DNA of 64,000 nucleotides from Bugula neritina (taxonomy: Eukaryota; Animalia; Bryozoa), in the NCBI GenBank assembly GCA_964035545.1, contig OZ037772.1, forward strand, positions 11,964,818 to 12,028,817. Reading direction: 5' to 3'. The position numbers were made by a program, and so were the translations under genes. Shown here in pieces: positions 10,701-23,900 of the stretch (its first letter is position 1; the number at the start of each line of letters is the position of its first letter). The notes beneath the pieces were generated by a model that had not been told where the DNA came from, did no database searches, and worked only from the letters and a program-made list of their open reading frames with translations.

Positions 10701-13700
10701 GTTTGTAACTCAGTGCTCAGAGTGAATCTTTTTCTGTCCAAGATTAGTTGTGGAATTTAGATCCATCTTGCCTGTGATGTTATTTCAGGTCAAATCTCTC
10801 TACCACTTTTAAATGTTTTCTCCATTTAATTTGAGTTGTAATTGATATTAAAATTAATTTATTTAGTATATATAACTATTTGTTTTTGTTGAATGATTTT
10901 TTCAAGGTGTCATTATATAATATACTTTAAGTTCAGTATACTGGAAGTTTGGGATAATAATTTAGAATTTCCTTGTCATATGATTATATAATGACTAGTG
11001 TTTAGCAGAAGTGGCCAAAGTGCCTATTTACTCTAAACTCTCTCTCTCTCTCTGCATGCTCTGTCACCCATCTAGATTTATAGTTTCATTGTCCAAATAA
11101 TTTTTGGTTTATCATTGCAACTGGAAAACTCTGCACTCGTTTTGTTTAGGAAGCTCTGTTTACTGTGTTACCATTGGCAACCATCATGGCCGACGAGCTG
11201 GGTGAACAGATACTTCGCTATGATGTAACGTAGCCGTGTTTTGTTAAATTAGCTGTGGTTTTTGTCCGTGTTGTGTGGCCTGCCTAGACCATAGGCTATA
11301 ATGCATGCTGACTTTGTTTTGTTTTTGCTTGCTGTCTTCAACTCACTTTGATTGATGCATTTTCAACGTATATCATGTCGTTCTTTATTCATTGGACAAT
11401 CAAAGGGTTGAATAGAGTGTGTATACGCAAAATGACCTTTTCATGTCCTTGAACTTTGACCTCTATAAGTACAAGTCATCTACAAACTTTGACTTGTTCT
11501 TTTCACACTACTAGCTGTTTCACTAACTGCAGCATTAACCTTCATTTTCAACATTTCTAATTAGAGAATTAAGAGTCTATATTTGGGAGTTGTGTTTCCT
11601 TACCTTTGGTGTCCCTTTTTAACGCACAACATAGTTTTATAAAGAAGATGCACCTAGGTTTTAGTTAGTGTGGTGAATAGTAATGTAGAGTTGCACCCTC
11701 TTTAAGTTAACTTTTACCTTCATTTATTTAATTTTAATCAAGTCTTTGCTGTGATTTGTCAAAACACGTATTTTTAATTAATTTTAATATTATCACATCG
11801 ATAATTAGTAGACTGCTTCGTAGCTTGTTCCTAGAAGAGCTTTTGTTACTTTATATGTTCAGATATGAATTATGTGGTGGCTATTTGAATATTGGAAAGT
11901 TCTCCATTTATTGTTTCTGCTGTATTTATCATTCGCCTCTGTATCCATAATTACAAAATGTCTAAGTTGAACTAAAGTTTTCATCATAAATAAAATATAG
12001 AAAAGCACAACTAAAACTTGTTTTATAAAGAATATTATAAATGTCAAGGATTTCTGTCAGAATTTCAGTGTTCCATTAAATAGATGTTTTGGATATTTTT
12101 CTTGTGCTATAACCAGAATCTATTAGATGCCATATTCTATATTAGATTAGCCATTCTATTTATAGCCGTTCTATTTATAGCCGTTCTATTTATAGTTGTC
12201 TATTTATAGCTGTTCTGTTTATAGTCGTTCTATTTATAGCCGGAGCTGAGCAGCTACGAGGAGATGAGGAGGCAGCGGCAGCAGCAGAATCTGATGATGG
12301 AGCAGGAAAGTCAGCAAAACTCTCAGCATCTCACGGCTCTGCTCAAAAGTCAGCAGAAGAAGAAGGTGGAGCATGTGGCCAGTCTGGTACAGGTCAGTAT
12401 GCAACCAGCGTCCTGATTGGTTGGCTGAACTTAGGGTGGCACCTATTGGTCAACTGACTGTTGCTTTGCTAATTGATACCTAAGCGCTAAGCAAACTCGC
12501 TACTGATTGGCTGTTCTCTCCATTGCATTACTTCAACTTCAGATCGGCTTTTGTTCTAGTCGAAGTGAAAACATTTTATAATATTTATTTGCCATAATTG
12601 TTGCATTTTTATATGCAGTTGGTGAAAGAGGTAATATACTGTGTAATTTCAGTTCACTGTGTAGTTTTGTTTAGATACTGGTGCCGGGGTAGTGTATATC
12701 TGGAGTTATGTTCACATTGTATTGTACTCATGTTTGAAATGCCTTATTGTTATGTGTCTGTGAAATAAAGTGCTTTATTAGCATGTTATAGTCATAGTCA
12801 TAGTTGAATTCTCAGTTCATGATTAGTTTTTAGTTGTAGTTAAGTTCTTTGTCATAGTAAAACTCATAGTTCCGTCTAATTAAATCTGAGAGCTCAGTCT
12901 ACAACTGTGCTGAACATCCTGCCTGCACCGCACAGAGTAGCATTGTGTTGTGAAGTTGTCATGGTGACCACACGAAGGCACGTCAGTTTACCTGTTGTAA
13001 TCACTGCTTGCAATAGCTCAACATTAAGTACCTGATTTTAGTTAATCAAATTTATGATTCTGAGTTGCCTTACCTTTGTTTTGCAAATGTAGTTGAAACA
13101 ACTTTTTTTAAAAACTACAAAATGGAGTTGAGATAAAGAAAATGCATTTTATTCTTCAGTTAATGAGATAAGTTTTCTAGCTATTACTGGTTGGTGTACT
13201 TCTGTAAGGTGCTGTATGGAAAGGCAAACCTTCAAAATACTCGTATAATATGTGGTGAATAAACCGAAAAGCCAGTTTTACCTGCGACACACCATATAGA
13301 CTAAGAAGCTGTTCATAAATCTTAGCTTGTGGATCACAGTCATATTACCAACGGCAGGGGGGGGACTCCTCTATTCCCTTTGTCCAGATTGCTCTTTAGC
13401 TCTTAGTTTACAATCAGTCTACTGATGAAAAGATTTGAACCAGTTAATTCAATTGAACAGTTAGAAACACAAGAGATTTGTGTAGCTGATGGGAATTGTC
13501 TTCTTTTGTTGGGGAAGGATGCGAACTGTGTATTTTCTGGATGTTTTAATTTCAGGAGAACCGAGATTGTGAGAATAGCATCAGCCAGTTACAGCAGCAA
13601 AAAGATGAGGACAGAAACAAACTGTATAATCTAATACTAGAAGGTTTGTAGAATCTAATATTAGAAGGTTTATAGTATCTAAATTACATGGTTTTTGTAA

Positions 13701-16700
13701 TGTATTACTGAAACATTTTTATTTAATGCTAATTAAAGTTTGAGATGTTTAGATGGTCAAAAAAATTTACTATTAGAAGATTTGTATAATTTAATGTTGA
13801 ATGGTCTGTAGCATCTAATAATACAATGTTTAGAGGATGTGATATGAAATGGTTTGTAGAATGTACTACTGAAAAGTTGTCCTATGCATTAATAATTAAA
13901 AGCTTTTACACTTAAATTTAAATTTAAACATTCCAACTAGCAAGATATTACAATGTGATTATTGACTTCTGTAATCCATCTCCAGAACTTGTGTAATTTA
14001 CTCAGATTATTTGATACTCTGTAGAGGATACAAAAGCCACAGAGTTGATTGATGAGATCATCAAACGTAACTCTGAAAGCAAAGAGAAGGAAGATCTTCT
14101 GCAGGAGTTGGAAGATGAACGGTAAGTCATGGCAGAGATCAGCAGGTGTCTACTCAGTGTTGTGACAGTGTCTGCAAGTGTCATTAGCAATCTGTGTGAC
14201 CGTGTTCACATCTGTCGAACTGTTTTATGTGAGTGTCAGTTTAGTAGATATAACAGTGTCTGCAGGTGTGTGTTTAGTAAATATGTGTTGTCTAGTAGAT
14301 GACACAACCTACAGGTGTGTTGTCTAGCATATGACACAGCCTACAGGTGTGTTGTCTAGCATATGGCACAGCCTACAGGTGTTTTGTCTAGTAGATGACA
14401 CAGCCTACAGGTGTGTTGTCTAGTAGATGACACAGCCTACAGGTGTGTTGTCTAGCATATGACACAGCCTACAGGTGTTTTGTCTAGTAGATGACACAGC
14501 CTACAGGTGTGTTGTCTAGTAGATGACACAGCCTACAGGTGTGTTGTCTAGCATATGACACAGCCTACAGGTGTGTTGTCTAGCATATGACACAGCCTAC
14601 AGGTGTTTTGTCTAGTGGATGACACAGCCTACAGGTGTGTTGTCTAGTAGATGACACAGCCTACAGGTGTGTTGTCTAGCATATGACACAGCCTACAGGT
14701 GTTTTGTCTAGTAGATGACACAGCCTACAGGTGTTTTGTCTAGTGGATGACACAGTCTACAGGTGTGTTGTCTAGCATATGACACAGCCTACAAGTGTGT
14801 TGTATAGTAGATGACACAGCCTGCAGGTGTGTTGTCTCGTAGATGACACAGCCTACAAGTGTGTTTCCTAGCATATGACACAGCCTACAGGTGTGTTGTC
14901 TAGCATATGACACAGGCGTGTAGTGACACAGGTGTGTAGTGACACAGGTGTCATGTGATGTTGTAGTGACAGAGAACTGGCTCAAATCACGGTCCTCACC
15001 GAGGAGCTGACAATGCTCCGTAAAGAGGAAATGATTAAGGCTATGAGAGAAACGTTGGAAGAGATGAAGGGCTTCAACGTCGTACTCGACAAATACCTTC
15101 AAGGAAAACAGGACACGATACGCAACGCTCAGAGGCAGTGAGTTTCTCTTATCTCTCTGTAACTCATGACCAGCACAATGCTCCAACCCTCTGGTGGAAC
15201 ATGTCTTACTTCTGATAGTCAGTAATATTCCTATTGTATAGTAGCTGTGCTCTGGTTATATGATGTGTTGCAAATGACCAGTGTGCTAGTGTTACAGTAT
15301 AAGCTACTGGTTTCAAGGTATGTGATAATATCACAGCACAACCTGGTGATGTCATAGCGTCGAGTAGCGATGTCATAATATAGGGTAGTGATGTCACTGT
15401 ATAAACTAATGACATCACTGTTGCAACGTTAGGTTTCTGGAGGAAGATGAGCAGATTGGCAGCACGCTGACGGCGAGGGGAGTGGAGAAAAAGATTGCTG
15501 TTGAAGATTTGCTACATGAGGTCAGTGTTGGGGTCAAGATTATTGCTTGGCAGTTGCTTTTACTGAATTCACGTAGGAAAGACATTTGTTAATAGGATAT
15601 CAAGTTGTTTACACGTGTTTTATTTCCTCTAACTGCAATAAACAAGTTTTTGTTTCCTGGTAAATCTCTCACCACTCCCTTCTGGTAGGTTCTGGTAACC
15701 GGACATGAGTTAACTAGTTGAGATACAGCTTTGGTTTCTTGCCATGTATTATACCATGCTGGGTAACATAATAATCATATAACATTCTTTGCAGCAGTTG
15801 GATGAAATTTCACTATTTAAAGCTCTATAATCAAAAGAGCAATTTTTAAAAGTTCCTCTGCAGTTCAGCTGTGGCTTTATGTAAGGGTAGATCAAGGATG
15901 GCATTTCAAGTTGGATCTTCAAAGTGTTTCTAAATAATTGCAAAGTTTTAGTTTCAACAGCCGAGCTGAAACTTAATAAAAATGGTGGTATTGAGGCGCT
16001 GTTGATGATTTGTGTAACGTATTGCTGTCATCTTTCATGAGCTCTATTGAACTGTGACCTCTACTGAACTGTGACCTCTATTGAACTATGACTTCTACTG
16101 AACTGTGACCTCTATTGAACTGTGACCTCTACTGAACTGTTGTGTAGGAAGAGTATCAGAGAATGGCTCTGGAGTCTCTGATGAAGCAGAGAGACGAGAA
16201 ACACTGTCAGCTGACTCACGACATCAGCTCTCTGGAGAAACAGCTGGCTCGGCTCACTGTTGTCGAGATGTCAAATAAGATGACTCAGAACAAGGCTAAG
16301 CAGGTAAGTTTGATGACACAGTGGGCAGGTGAGTGCTTTGACACTGTGAACAGGTGAGTGTGTTGACACTGTGAACAGGTGAGTGTTTTGACACTTTGAG
16401 CAGGTGAGTGTTTTGACTCTGTGAACAGGTGAGTGTGTTAAAGCTGTGAACAGGTGATAGTATGATGCAGTAGGCAAGTGTTTTGAGACACTATAAGCAT
16501 GCATTATTCTGCCGACACACTTAAACATTGTTCTCTCACAGGAAATGCTGGCTGAGCAGAGAGAACATCTGACAAAACTACTTCTAGAGCTCATGGAGCA
16601 AAGAGACCTCAGGGCTAAGGAAATCGCTCGTAGAATGGTAAGCTAAACTTTTACAGCCCTAAATTGTTTTTCCTACTCTTATTTTATTTGTTTTCTATCT

Positions 16701-19700
16701 CTCTGTATTTCTGCAGATTTCATTTTCGATCTTTCTGCAGCTGACATTATCTTTGTACGTTTGAAAGCCCTTTTATTGGTTGATTGATCAATTGATTTAT
16801 TTATTTATTTATTGTATATCACAAACATGAAAACATGTTGTGAAATTCAATGTACTGGCTATAATAAGTAGAAATGAACAAAATTTGAGGAAAAAACAGA
16901 TTTCTGTTGAATTACTTAAAATAGAAGATCATTCAAATTATTTACTATTACAAGGTGTCGTAAAAACTATCTGTGCCCCAGGTTCTTTTGCAGATTTTAT
17001 TTTTCTCTAGCTACATTCTTCGCTACCTGTTATTCTTTGTGTACTTCTGCAGATTTCATTTTCTCTGTATTTCTGCAGATTGTATTTTCTGTGTATTCCT
17101 GCAGATGGAGATGGAAGCTGCCAGAGAGGATGAACTGGCGGACTTCTGGTTGGCTCAGCTCCAAAGACTTCTGGACAGAAAACCAAAGTCTCAAATTGAC
17201 CGGGTAACCTACAGTATAGTACTTACTATATAGTGTTGAGTTAACTTACAGTACTTACTATATAGTGTTGAGTTAACTTACAGTATAGTACTTACCTACT
17301 ATACAGTGTTGAGTTAACTTACAGTATAGTACTTACTATATAGTGTTGAGTTAACTTACAGTATAGTACTTACTATATAATGTTGAGTTAACTTACAGTA
17401 TAGTACTCACTATATAGTGTTGAGTTAACTTACAGTATAGTACTCACTATATAGTGTTGGGTTAACTTACAGTATAGTACTCACTATATAGTGTTGAGTT
17501 AACTTACAGTACAGTACTCACTATATAGTGTTGGGTTAACTTACAGTATAGTACTCACTATGCATCATTAAAGTAACTTACAAGATACTGTTGCCATATG
17601 TACTTTAAAATAGAATTTAAATAATAAATTGTCCCGCAGTAGTTAACACTGAGTATATTTAGTTAGTGGTTATAGTATTCATTAGTAGCCAGTAGTTATA
17701 CTACTTAATTGTAGTTATACTAGTAACTAGCAGTTATACTAGATGCTAGTAGTTACACTGAATTTGAACTACTGGTGGTTATACTAATGACTAGTAACTA
17801 TTAGTTATACTAATGACTAGTAACTATTAGTTATACTAGAAACTAATCAGTGAGATGATACCGTATCCTGTATGATAAACTCTGTTGACCTCTACTTGAT
17901 CTTCAGGAGTCCAACTTAGAGATCGCTGTGAAAGATATTCTAAACATGTCGGAGGCAGATGACTACATCTCAAGATTTGCTCAGCACAAAGTATCGATTG
18001 AGACTCTCAAGACTTTATCAGGCGACGACTTGAGACGTGTAAGTTATACTTGTGTTTACTTGAAGTATACAAGTTATACTCGTGTTTATTATTTTAATGC
18101 AAAGTCATTCAGTCTAAATAACTGTTCACAGTATCAATATTTTGTGAAGAAGTCTGTCTGTCTGTCTGTAGATTGGAGTGTATGAAGTCGGAGTCAGAAA
18201 AGCTATACTAAAGAACACAAAGATATACCTGGAGAAGATAGGGGAGCTGTCAGACCAGCCACATCAAGTAGGTGTTAAGGGCCTTGGGCTATTTTATGGG
18301 AGCAATTCTGTGGTCAGCAGTTAATAAATCATTTTCTTTCAAATGTTTTCATAACTTCCTTAAGTCGAAAAGAATTCACTGAAGGAATGTTTTAATTTTT
18401 GCTGTTGAAGGTTAATTTTTTATTAAAGCTAAAAAATTTAAATTGCTGTCACAAAATATGCTTGTCAATTGAATTCTATTTTGTCTACAAATCTGAAAAA
18501 GAATTCTGTAACCTTTAATATCATATTGTTATTCATTTTATGTTGTATAATCAATCGTACAGGCTGAATGGAGCACACTGTGAACTGATAAGTTTCACCA
18601 GTGTATTCATCTAAATCATCTTCTATATAATTTCTTCCTATATATTGCCTTGATTGTAGAAATACTTTTATTCTGTTGGGCATAACCTTCTTTTCTGCAA
18701 TGCGCAAGATGGCCTTTATCATATCTGTGCTGTTTGCTAATTTTAGGAGACAGAGGAAGCGGGTAAAACACTGCCTAGTGCACCTTCCAGCAGTGAGTTG
18801 GGTGCTAAGGCTAAGCCTAGTGCTACCAGAGCACCTGCTCAAGTGCTGACACATGTCACCACCGAGTGTGTCATATGTATGGATAAACAGGTGAGTCAGG
18901 TACTTGTATGTGCACCGTGACACTGCATATGACTGTATTTTGGCACATGTCTCTGGCATCTATAAGTTGACCAGTGAGCCAGGTGCTTTTTCAACTGTCA
19001 TCATGACTTTAAGATGGCAATATTAAGAAATGACACAGCATGGAGTTACAGTATTTTCGGCATTATGACTTTGACACTCATATAAATGTATAGATTGCAT
19101 TTCCTCAAAGGTGTAGAGTGTGGACTAAAATGTTATTTATGAGTGAAAAATTATGTAGTACTGAGGGATTTTCTAGTGTTTTAACAGATTTTGTCGGTCT
19201 TGCTATGTCCTTGCTATAGCAAGACATGGAAATCTTGCAGAAAACTTCCAAATGTTTTGTGGCTTGACTTTGTATAGTAGTTATATGAGTGTCAATATCT
19301 GACATGTTTTGACAAGTGCTTGCATGACTTATAGTGTAGTGACATGTGACAACCTGTGACAATGTATTCAGGTTGTTGTAATTACATTTCGTGAAACCAC
19401 TTTTGTTGCCCTTCATGTTTAGTTATAATATTTATCTTAGTAGGGGATTTTTTACCCAACGCACACCTTATGTTGTATTTCATGGAAAGGTTAATGTTGT
19501 AAATTGTAACAATTTTCTTAAATACAGATATTGTGGTTTAAAATACATCAGCTCTTCAAGGATACAAGTAAATGGAGTACATACCATCACTTTGTGTATC
19601 ACGTGACGTATCTAATATGTTTTACAGACGGGAATTGTGTTCCTCCCCTGTGGGCATGTCTGTACTTGTCTGGATTGCTCTCAACCTCTCTACCACTGTC

Positions 19701-19747
19701 CAATGTGTCGAGCTGAGATATCACAGAAGATTATTCTGGAGTCGTAG
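7748..19747 (+). CDS. LRSAM1: E3 ubiquitin ligase LRSAM1 (LRR - coiled coil - SAM - PSAP - RING), 19 coding exons, 743 aa
   Basis: Phase-consistent exons: 7748-7801, 8119-8217, 8619-8765, 9101-9185, 9586-9798, 10332-10450, 11150-11224, 12240-12392, 13556-13643, 14025-14121, 14967-15137, 15433-15520, 16148-16303, 16542-16637, 17105-17203, 17907-18038, 18172-18267, 18747-18890, 19628-19747 (2232 nt). Diagnostic segments: [32 protein letters not shown], LRRs, KFLCREAGIEYVAPS, DFWLAQLQRLLDRKP, SAM (YISRFAQHKVSIETLKTLSGDDLRRIGV), PSAP, and RING CVICMDKQTGIVFLPCGHVCTCLDCSQPLYHCPMCR. Confidence 0.95.
9913..10323. repeat. Long inverted repeat with 203-bp arms and a 5-nt loop in LRSAM1 intron 5
   Basis: 9913-10115 is the reverse complement of 10121-10323; no mismatches seen by eye. 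The loop is AGCTA. Confidence 0.95.
12151..12239 (+). repeat. Six 14-15 bp tandem copies of the LRSAM1 exon 8 splice acceptor
   Basis: Unit CCGTTCTATTTATAG; TAG ends at 12165, 12180, 12195, 12209, 12224 and 12239. Confidence 0.9.
14285..14950. repeat. 32-bp minisatellite, about 20 copies, in LRSAM1 intron 10
   Basis: Unit GACACAGCCTACAGGTGTGTTGTCTAG(TAGAT/CATAT), decaying into GTGTAGTGACACAG just before the acceptor at 14966. Confidence 0.95.
16043..16140. repeat. 17-bp minisatellite, about 6 copies, abutting the LRSAM1 exon 13 acceptor
   Basis: Unit CTCTA(T/C)TGAACTGTGAC. Confidence 0.9.
16301..16458 (+). repeat. 25-bp tandem repeat of the LRSAM1 exon 13 splice donor
   Basis: Unit CAGGTGAGTG(T/C)(T/G)TTGACACTGTGAA; GT at 16304 (used), 16329, 16354, 16379, 16404, 16429 and 16454. 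Confidence 0.9.
17204..17562. repeat. 37-bp minisatellite, about 10 copies, starting at the LRSAM1 exon 15 donor
   Basis: Unit GTTAACTTACAGTATAGTACT(T/C)ACTATATAGTGTTGA. The first copy is the real donor GTAACCTACAGTATAGT... Confidence 0.92.
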
Positions 19748-20904
19748 AGGTCCATGGACACCCTCAGTGCAAGCATATTTATCTTTTGTGCAATTTTACT
19801 AAAATTTTTGTGATAGTTTATTTCGTGCCAGGAATTTTCTCGCCTAAAGATGGGCGTGGGGTAGAGAAGTAAATCAGCTAATGGAATGTCTCAACATTTT
19901 GCTGACTCTGAATTCAACATGTACCTGATTTGGTTCTATTTATTATGTGCAGGAACTAGGGAAGCTCTATCTACCCCCATCTTCTGTTGCACTTGGATTC
20001 AGTTTGATGGCTATTTTCATTAATACTTTCTATAAACTTTCAGCTCACCAATTACTTTGCTAAAAAATTAATTTTATGAAAAAGTCACTGAACTCAAGTT
20101 TGTAAAAGTTGAAAGACTAGAGGATTTCCCGTCTTCTCTATTTTAATTATTTTATTTTTGTATATCATAGCTAAACTACTTTATCAATATTAACCTCTTA
20201 TTTAATCTTTTAATTGTCTCTATTACGTAAAGCTATAATAATAATATATATATATATATTTTCCTGTAGCTTTTGTTATTTTACCATTAAATTGTGTTAT
20301 ATACTGTTAAGTTGTTTTATATAATGACTATATATAATAATATGACAATATAAAAAATATGGTATTAAAACTTGCATGATGTGATAGCAAATATTGTATC
20401 ATTTAAAGTATTTGAATACTGTGTTGTGGTATTGCTATATTGATGTCTATATTTTTTACTATTTTATCAAACAATAAATATTACAAGAGCTCATGTTTCA
20501 AAGTTCCTTAAAGATGTATAAAGTGTATTGCAGTAAACTGTGAGCATGTGTGGGGGTTCATATATATAACATTTTATTTTAGTAAGTTAATCAGATGTGT
20601 AAAAGTTGTTTCCTTAAAAGGGGATTAGAGTAGAACGAAGGCAAGCTGAGGAGGAGACCTTAAGTTAAAAATTATTGCTACGTACTAATCATTTCACTAG
20701 AAACACATTTTTACAGAATAATCCCAAGTTCTGCACATAGGCATCTAGCAAGTAGCCCTGACTGAAAGATCTTGTCTACTGAAGGTTAATACTGAATGAG
20801 AAAGAAAGTAAAAACTCCAGCTGCTGTGATGTTGACAATTTCTCTGCTGATGATGCTCTAAGGCTACTTGTAGCCTCAGTTCCAAGACCACCCTCTGCTG
20901 TAAC

Positions 20905-23900
20905 TCACACATTCTTTAACTCTTCATCTGTATGCACACTTTTCTCTCTTCCTCTAACTTTGTCCTCTACGGAGGTCGTGTGGTCTTGCTCAAAGTCTAC
21001 ATACCCGTAGTCATTAGAGCTCCTTGTACGACTCACAGACAAGTTGAGTCTCTTGCTCACTGTGGGCTGCCGGCCGATGTCGCTGTCGTCTTCTGAGGTC
21101 ACAATGTCCTCTGTACTGGCGTAGTAGTAATCATCCATAGACTTGTTACCTGGGGGTGTAGCTCCACTTTCCACGGCATCCGATGTGGGGCGGTGTGGCA
21201 GAGGCCCGTATCTAGCAGACCTGAAAGAACAAATGATCATTATAAGTTTTGAAAAGTTGTATTTTTATTTCTTTTTACAACCAACTGCAAGAATTTAGAA
21301 TACGGCATAAATTGTATCTCTCAAACAGAAAGACATTTGAAAACATCAATATATAGCAGTACAATGCTATATTATAAAAGTTTTAAAGTTATAAAGAAAC
21401 TCAGATGACTGTATCATATAGTGCCAGTATTATTCAATATAAGGGACTATTAAAATATTCATGGGGTTTACTTTGTGTTTAGATATAGTCTCTAGGCTTG
21501 TCAACCAGTAAGTGTTATTATCACTAAATATGATTTATTAGCATAATTCATGCAGGAATTTAAGCTCTCAGGCCCAACATGGTGTCATACTTAGTATAAT
21601 ATATAAGTTAAAATCTCACTGATTGTAAAGGAATGGTATAGAAACAGCAGCATACTTCAAAAACCATTTCAGTTTAAGTTGCATTTAATTGAGTTCAAGA
21701 AATGTAATTTGTCCTGCGGAACTTGTAATAGCAAAGTACTGCAACTCAGTGTGACTCATTTTCTTATTAAAACATGAAGTTTAGCTGATAAATGCCAATC
21801 TCAAAATGTAATTGTTGTTGTTTATTTAAAGGTTGTTTGTTTTGTATTTATTGTTTGTTAAAATGCTAAATTAGATTCATAAATATTAATCAGCAGTTGT
21901 CTTACTTTTTGCTCATCTGTTTGTCCTCGCCAAGGTCAAGGTGAGTATAACTGCTATCTGTAGCCTTGGTTTCTAACATCTGGTAGGGGTCCTCAACCTC
22001 TGTGTACTCATCATAAGGGAGAGAGTAGGCTTCCAAGTCTAAACATCAGCAACATATCAGACTTCAAAGGATAAAATAAAAGACTTTAAATTAATTTTTA
22101 CTCTGAGATAAGTTAAATTTGACAATTTTGTATCACCAACTCCTTTAAACTTTCAAATGTGCGAAATGGAGAAATTTGTTGTGAAATTTTATTAGCATAA
22201 TACTTCATATTATATCATTGCATCATCCTCAGTTTTATGAGATCATAAAGCCCTGTGTTTGTGCCAAACCACTGTTTATGGTTTAGTACAGGAATTTTAC
22301 TGGACCAGGTTAAGGCGTGGTGCCTCTAGTATGATGTCAAGATTCAAGGATCAATTGAGATAAATAGATCAATTTGATCAAAGGGAAGTGAGAATAGACA
22401 TAAATCACTGGCTTTCCTTGCATCAGAGTCAATGCAGAGCCTTGAGTGCTAAGCCAATCACAAGGCCTTTGAGTGTAGAAAGCCAGCAGGTGATTGGCTA
22501 ATTAAGGAAAGACGGCAGTATTATTGTGAAATCAGCATATTTTTTGTAGCCATCTTTAGTTTCAATTATTTAATTTTAATCATAATTGACATTGTATTTA
22601 TTGATTTTATCGTTTGCAGATGTATGTAGGCATTATGTTGTTAAATGACTATAAGTAATTATAATGTTGGAACCTTGTTTCCAATTGCATTATATTCTGG
22701 ATATATAATTAATTTTGTAGTTAATACTATTGTTGTCAAGGCATATATTACTGTTGATGCACATACTAATTATGGTTAATTACATATGTCCATGTATATC
22801 ACCATATATTAAAAGCTACAGAGCTTGACCATAGCATTATATAGCTAAATAGCTATAGCCAGTATGGAATGTGAATAAACCCAACATGGACACACTTAGG
22901 ATTTGACTCACTGGTGAGTAACACCTGTCTAGTATATAACTTCAACAATTCTATATAATATGCCATTCATTTAATCTGTCCAGCTGTCCAGCAGCTTGCC
23001 CTTTACACATAATGATGTGTCATTACTAAACTACATGCTGCTGCATAATAAGATAAAGGAAATAAATAACTACAGAAAGGACTGGGGGGATAGATGCAAA
23101 TAACTTAAGTCTATTCTCAGTGATTATATCCATAAATCTGTATTAAGCAGACGTGTGTCATGTTGGGAATATATCTTATCAATATATGACTCTCAACTCA
23201 AAGTGAATAAATCCAGGCAGCTTCAGAATTATATCTCTATATGATAACAGTTAATTCTGCAGAGTTTGTTTGGTTGAATGCAGCTATTGATAGTATTAGC
23301 ATCAAAGTGACTATGTAGGGTGAAATGACAACCATAGCTCTCTTGTCTGCTGTAAGACATTAAAAGCTAATCTGTATGATTGATAGATCAATGGTGTGGA
23401 ACTTATAGTTTAACTAATAGCTGGTCTCTATAGTAGATATGCAAGTGTAAACTGTAAATAACATGTTTGTGAAATAGTTTTGCAATATTAAAAAGCCCTT
23501 AAAAGATAAGTTATATGAGCGAGATTGGGTGAGGATGTTGACTAAAATATTTAAAACAGACAAGTTAACCTTTTTAGGGATATAGTTTGTTCTCAAATTT
23601 TATAAAACCTGCTGGCATATATAAGATTACATCAAATAGACCAAATTGAGTTAAAAAATTCTTATCAACTCTACAATGTCAGCTGACACAAAAATTGGAA
23701 ACTGAAGCAGTAAAGGGTTTGATTTGGTACTGCAACCACTATATTGAAACATAGTGTTGGTTGAAATATTTTTTGTCTTGTTGAGAAATTCCTGTCAAGT
23801 CAGTCGTATCCACAGATTACCCCGAGTTTTGTTGAGTTATTGATACCTCTTCGGGAAAATTAATTTTACACTATATACAGTTTTCTCTCATTGTTTATAT

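Noticed and set aside
14285-14950. CRISPR-like appearance of the 32-bp and 37-bp arrays
   Set aside because: Head-to-tail repeats with no unique spacers, located in eukaryotic introns, and no cas genes.
14740-18959. Minus-strand ORFs inside LRSAM1 (14740-15186, 16271-16594, 18465-18959)
   Set aside because: They overlap sense exons and repeats, and have no recognisable domains or splice support.
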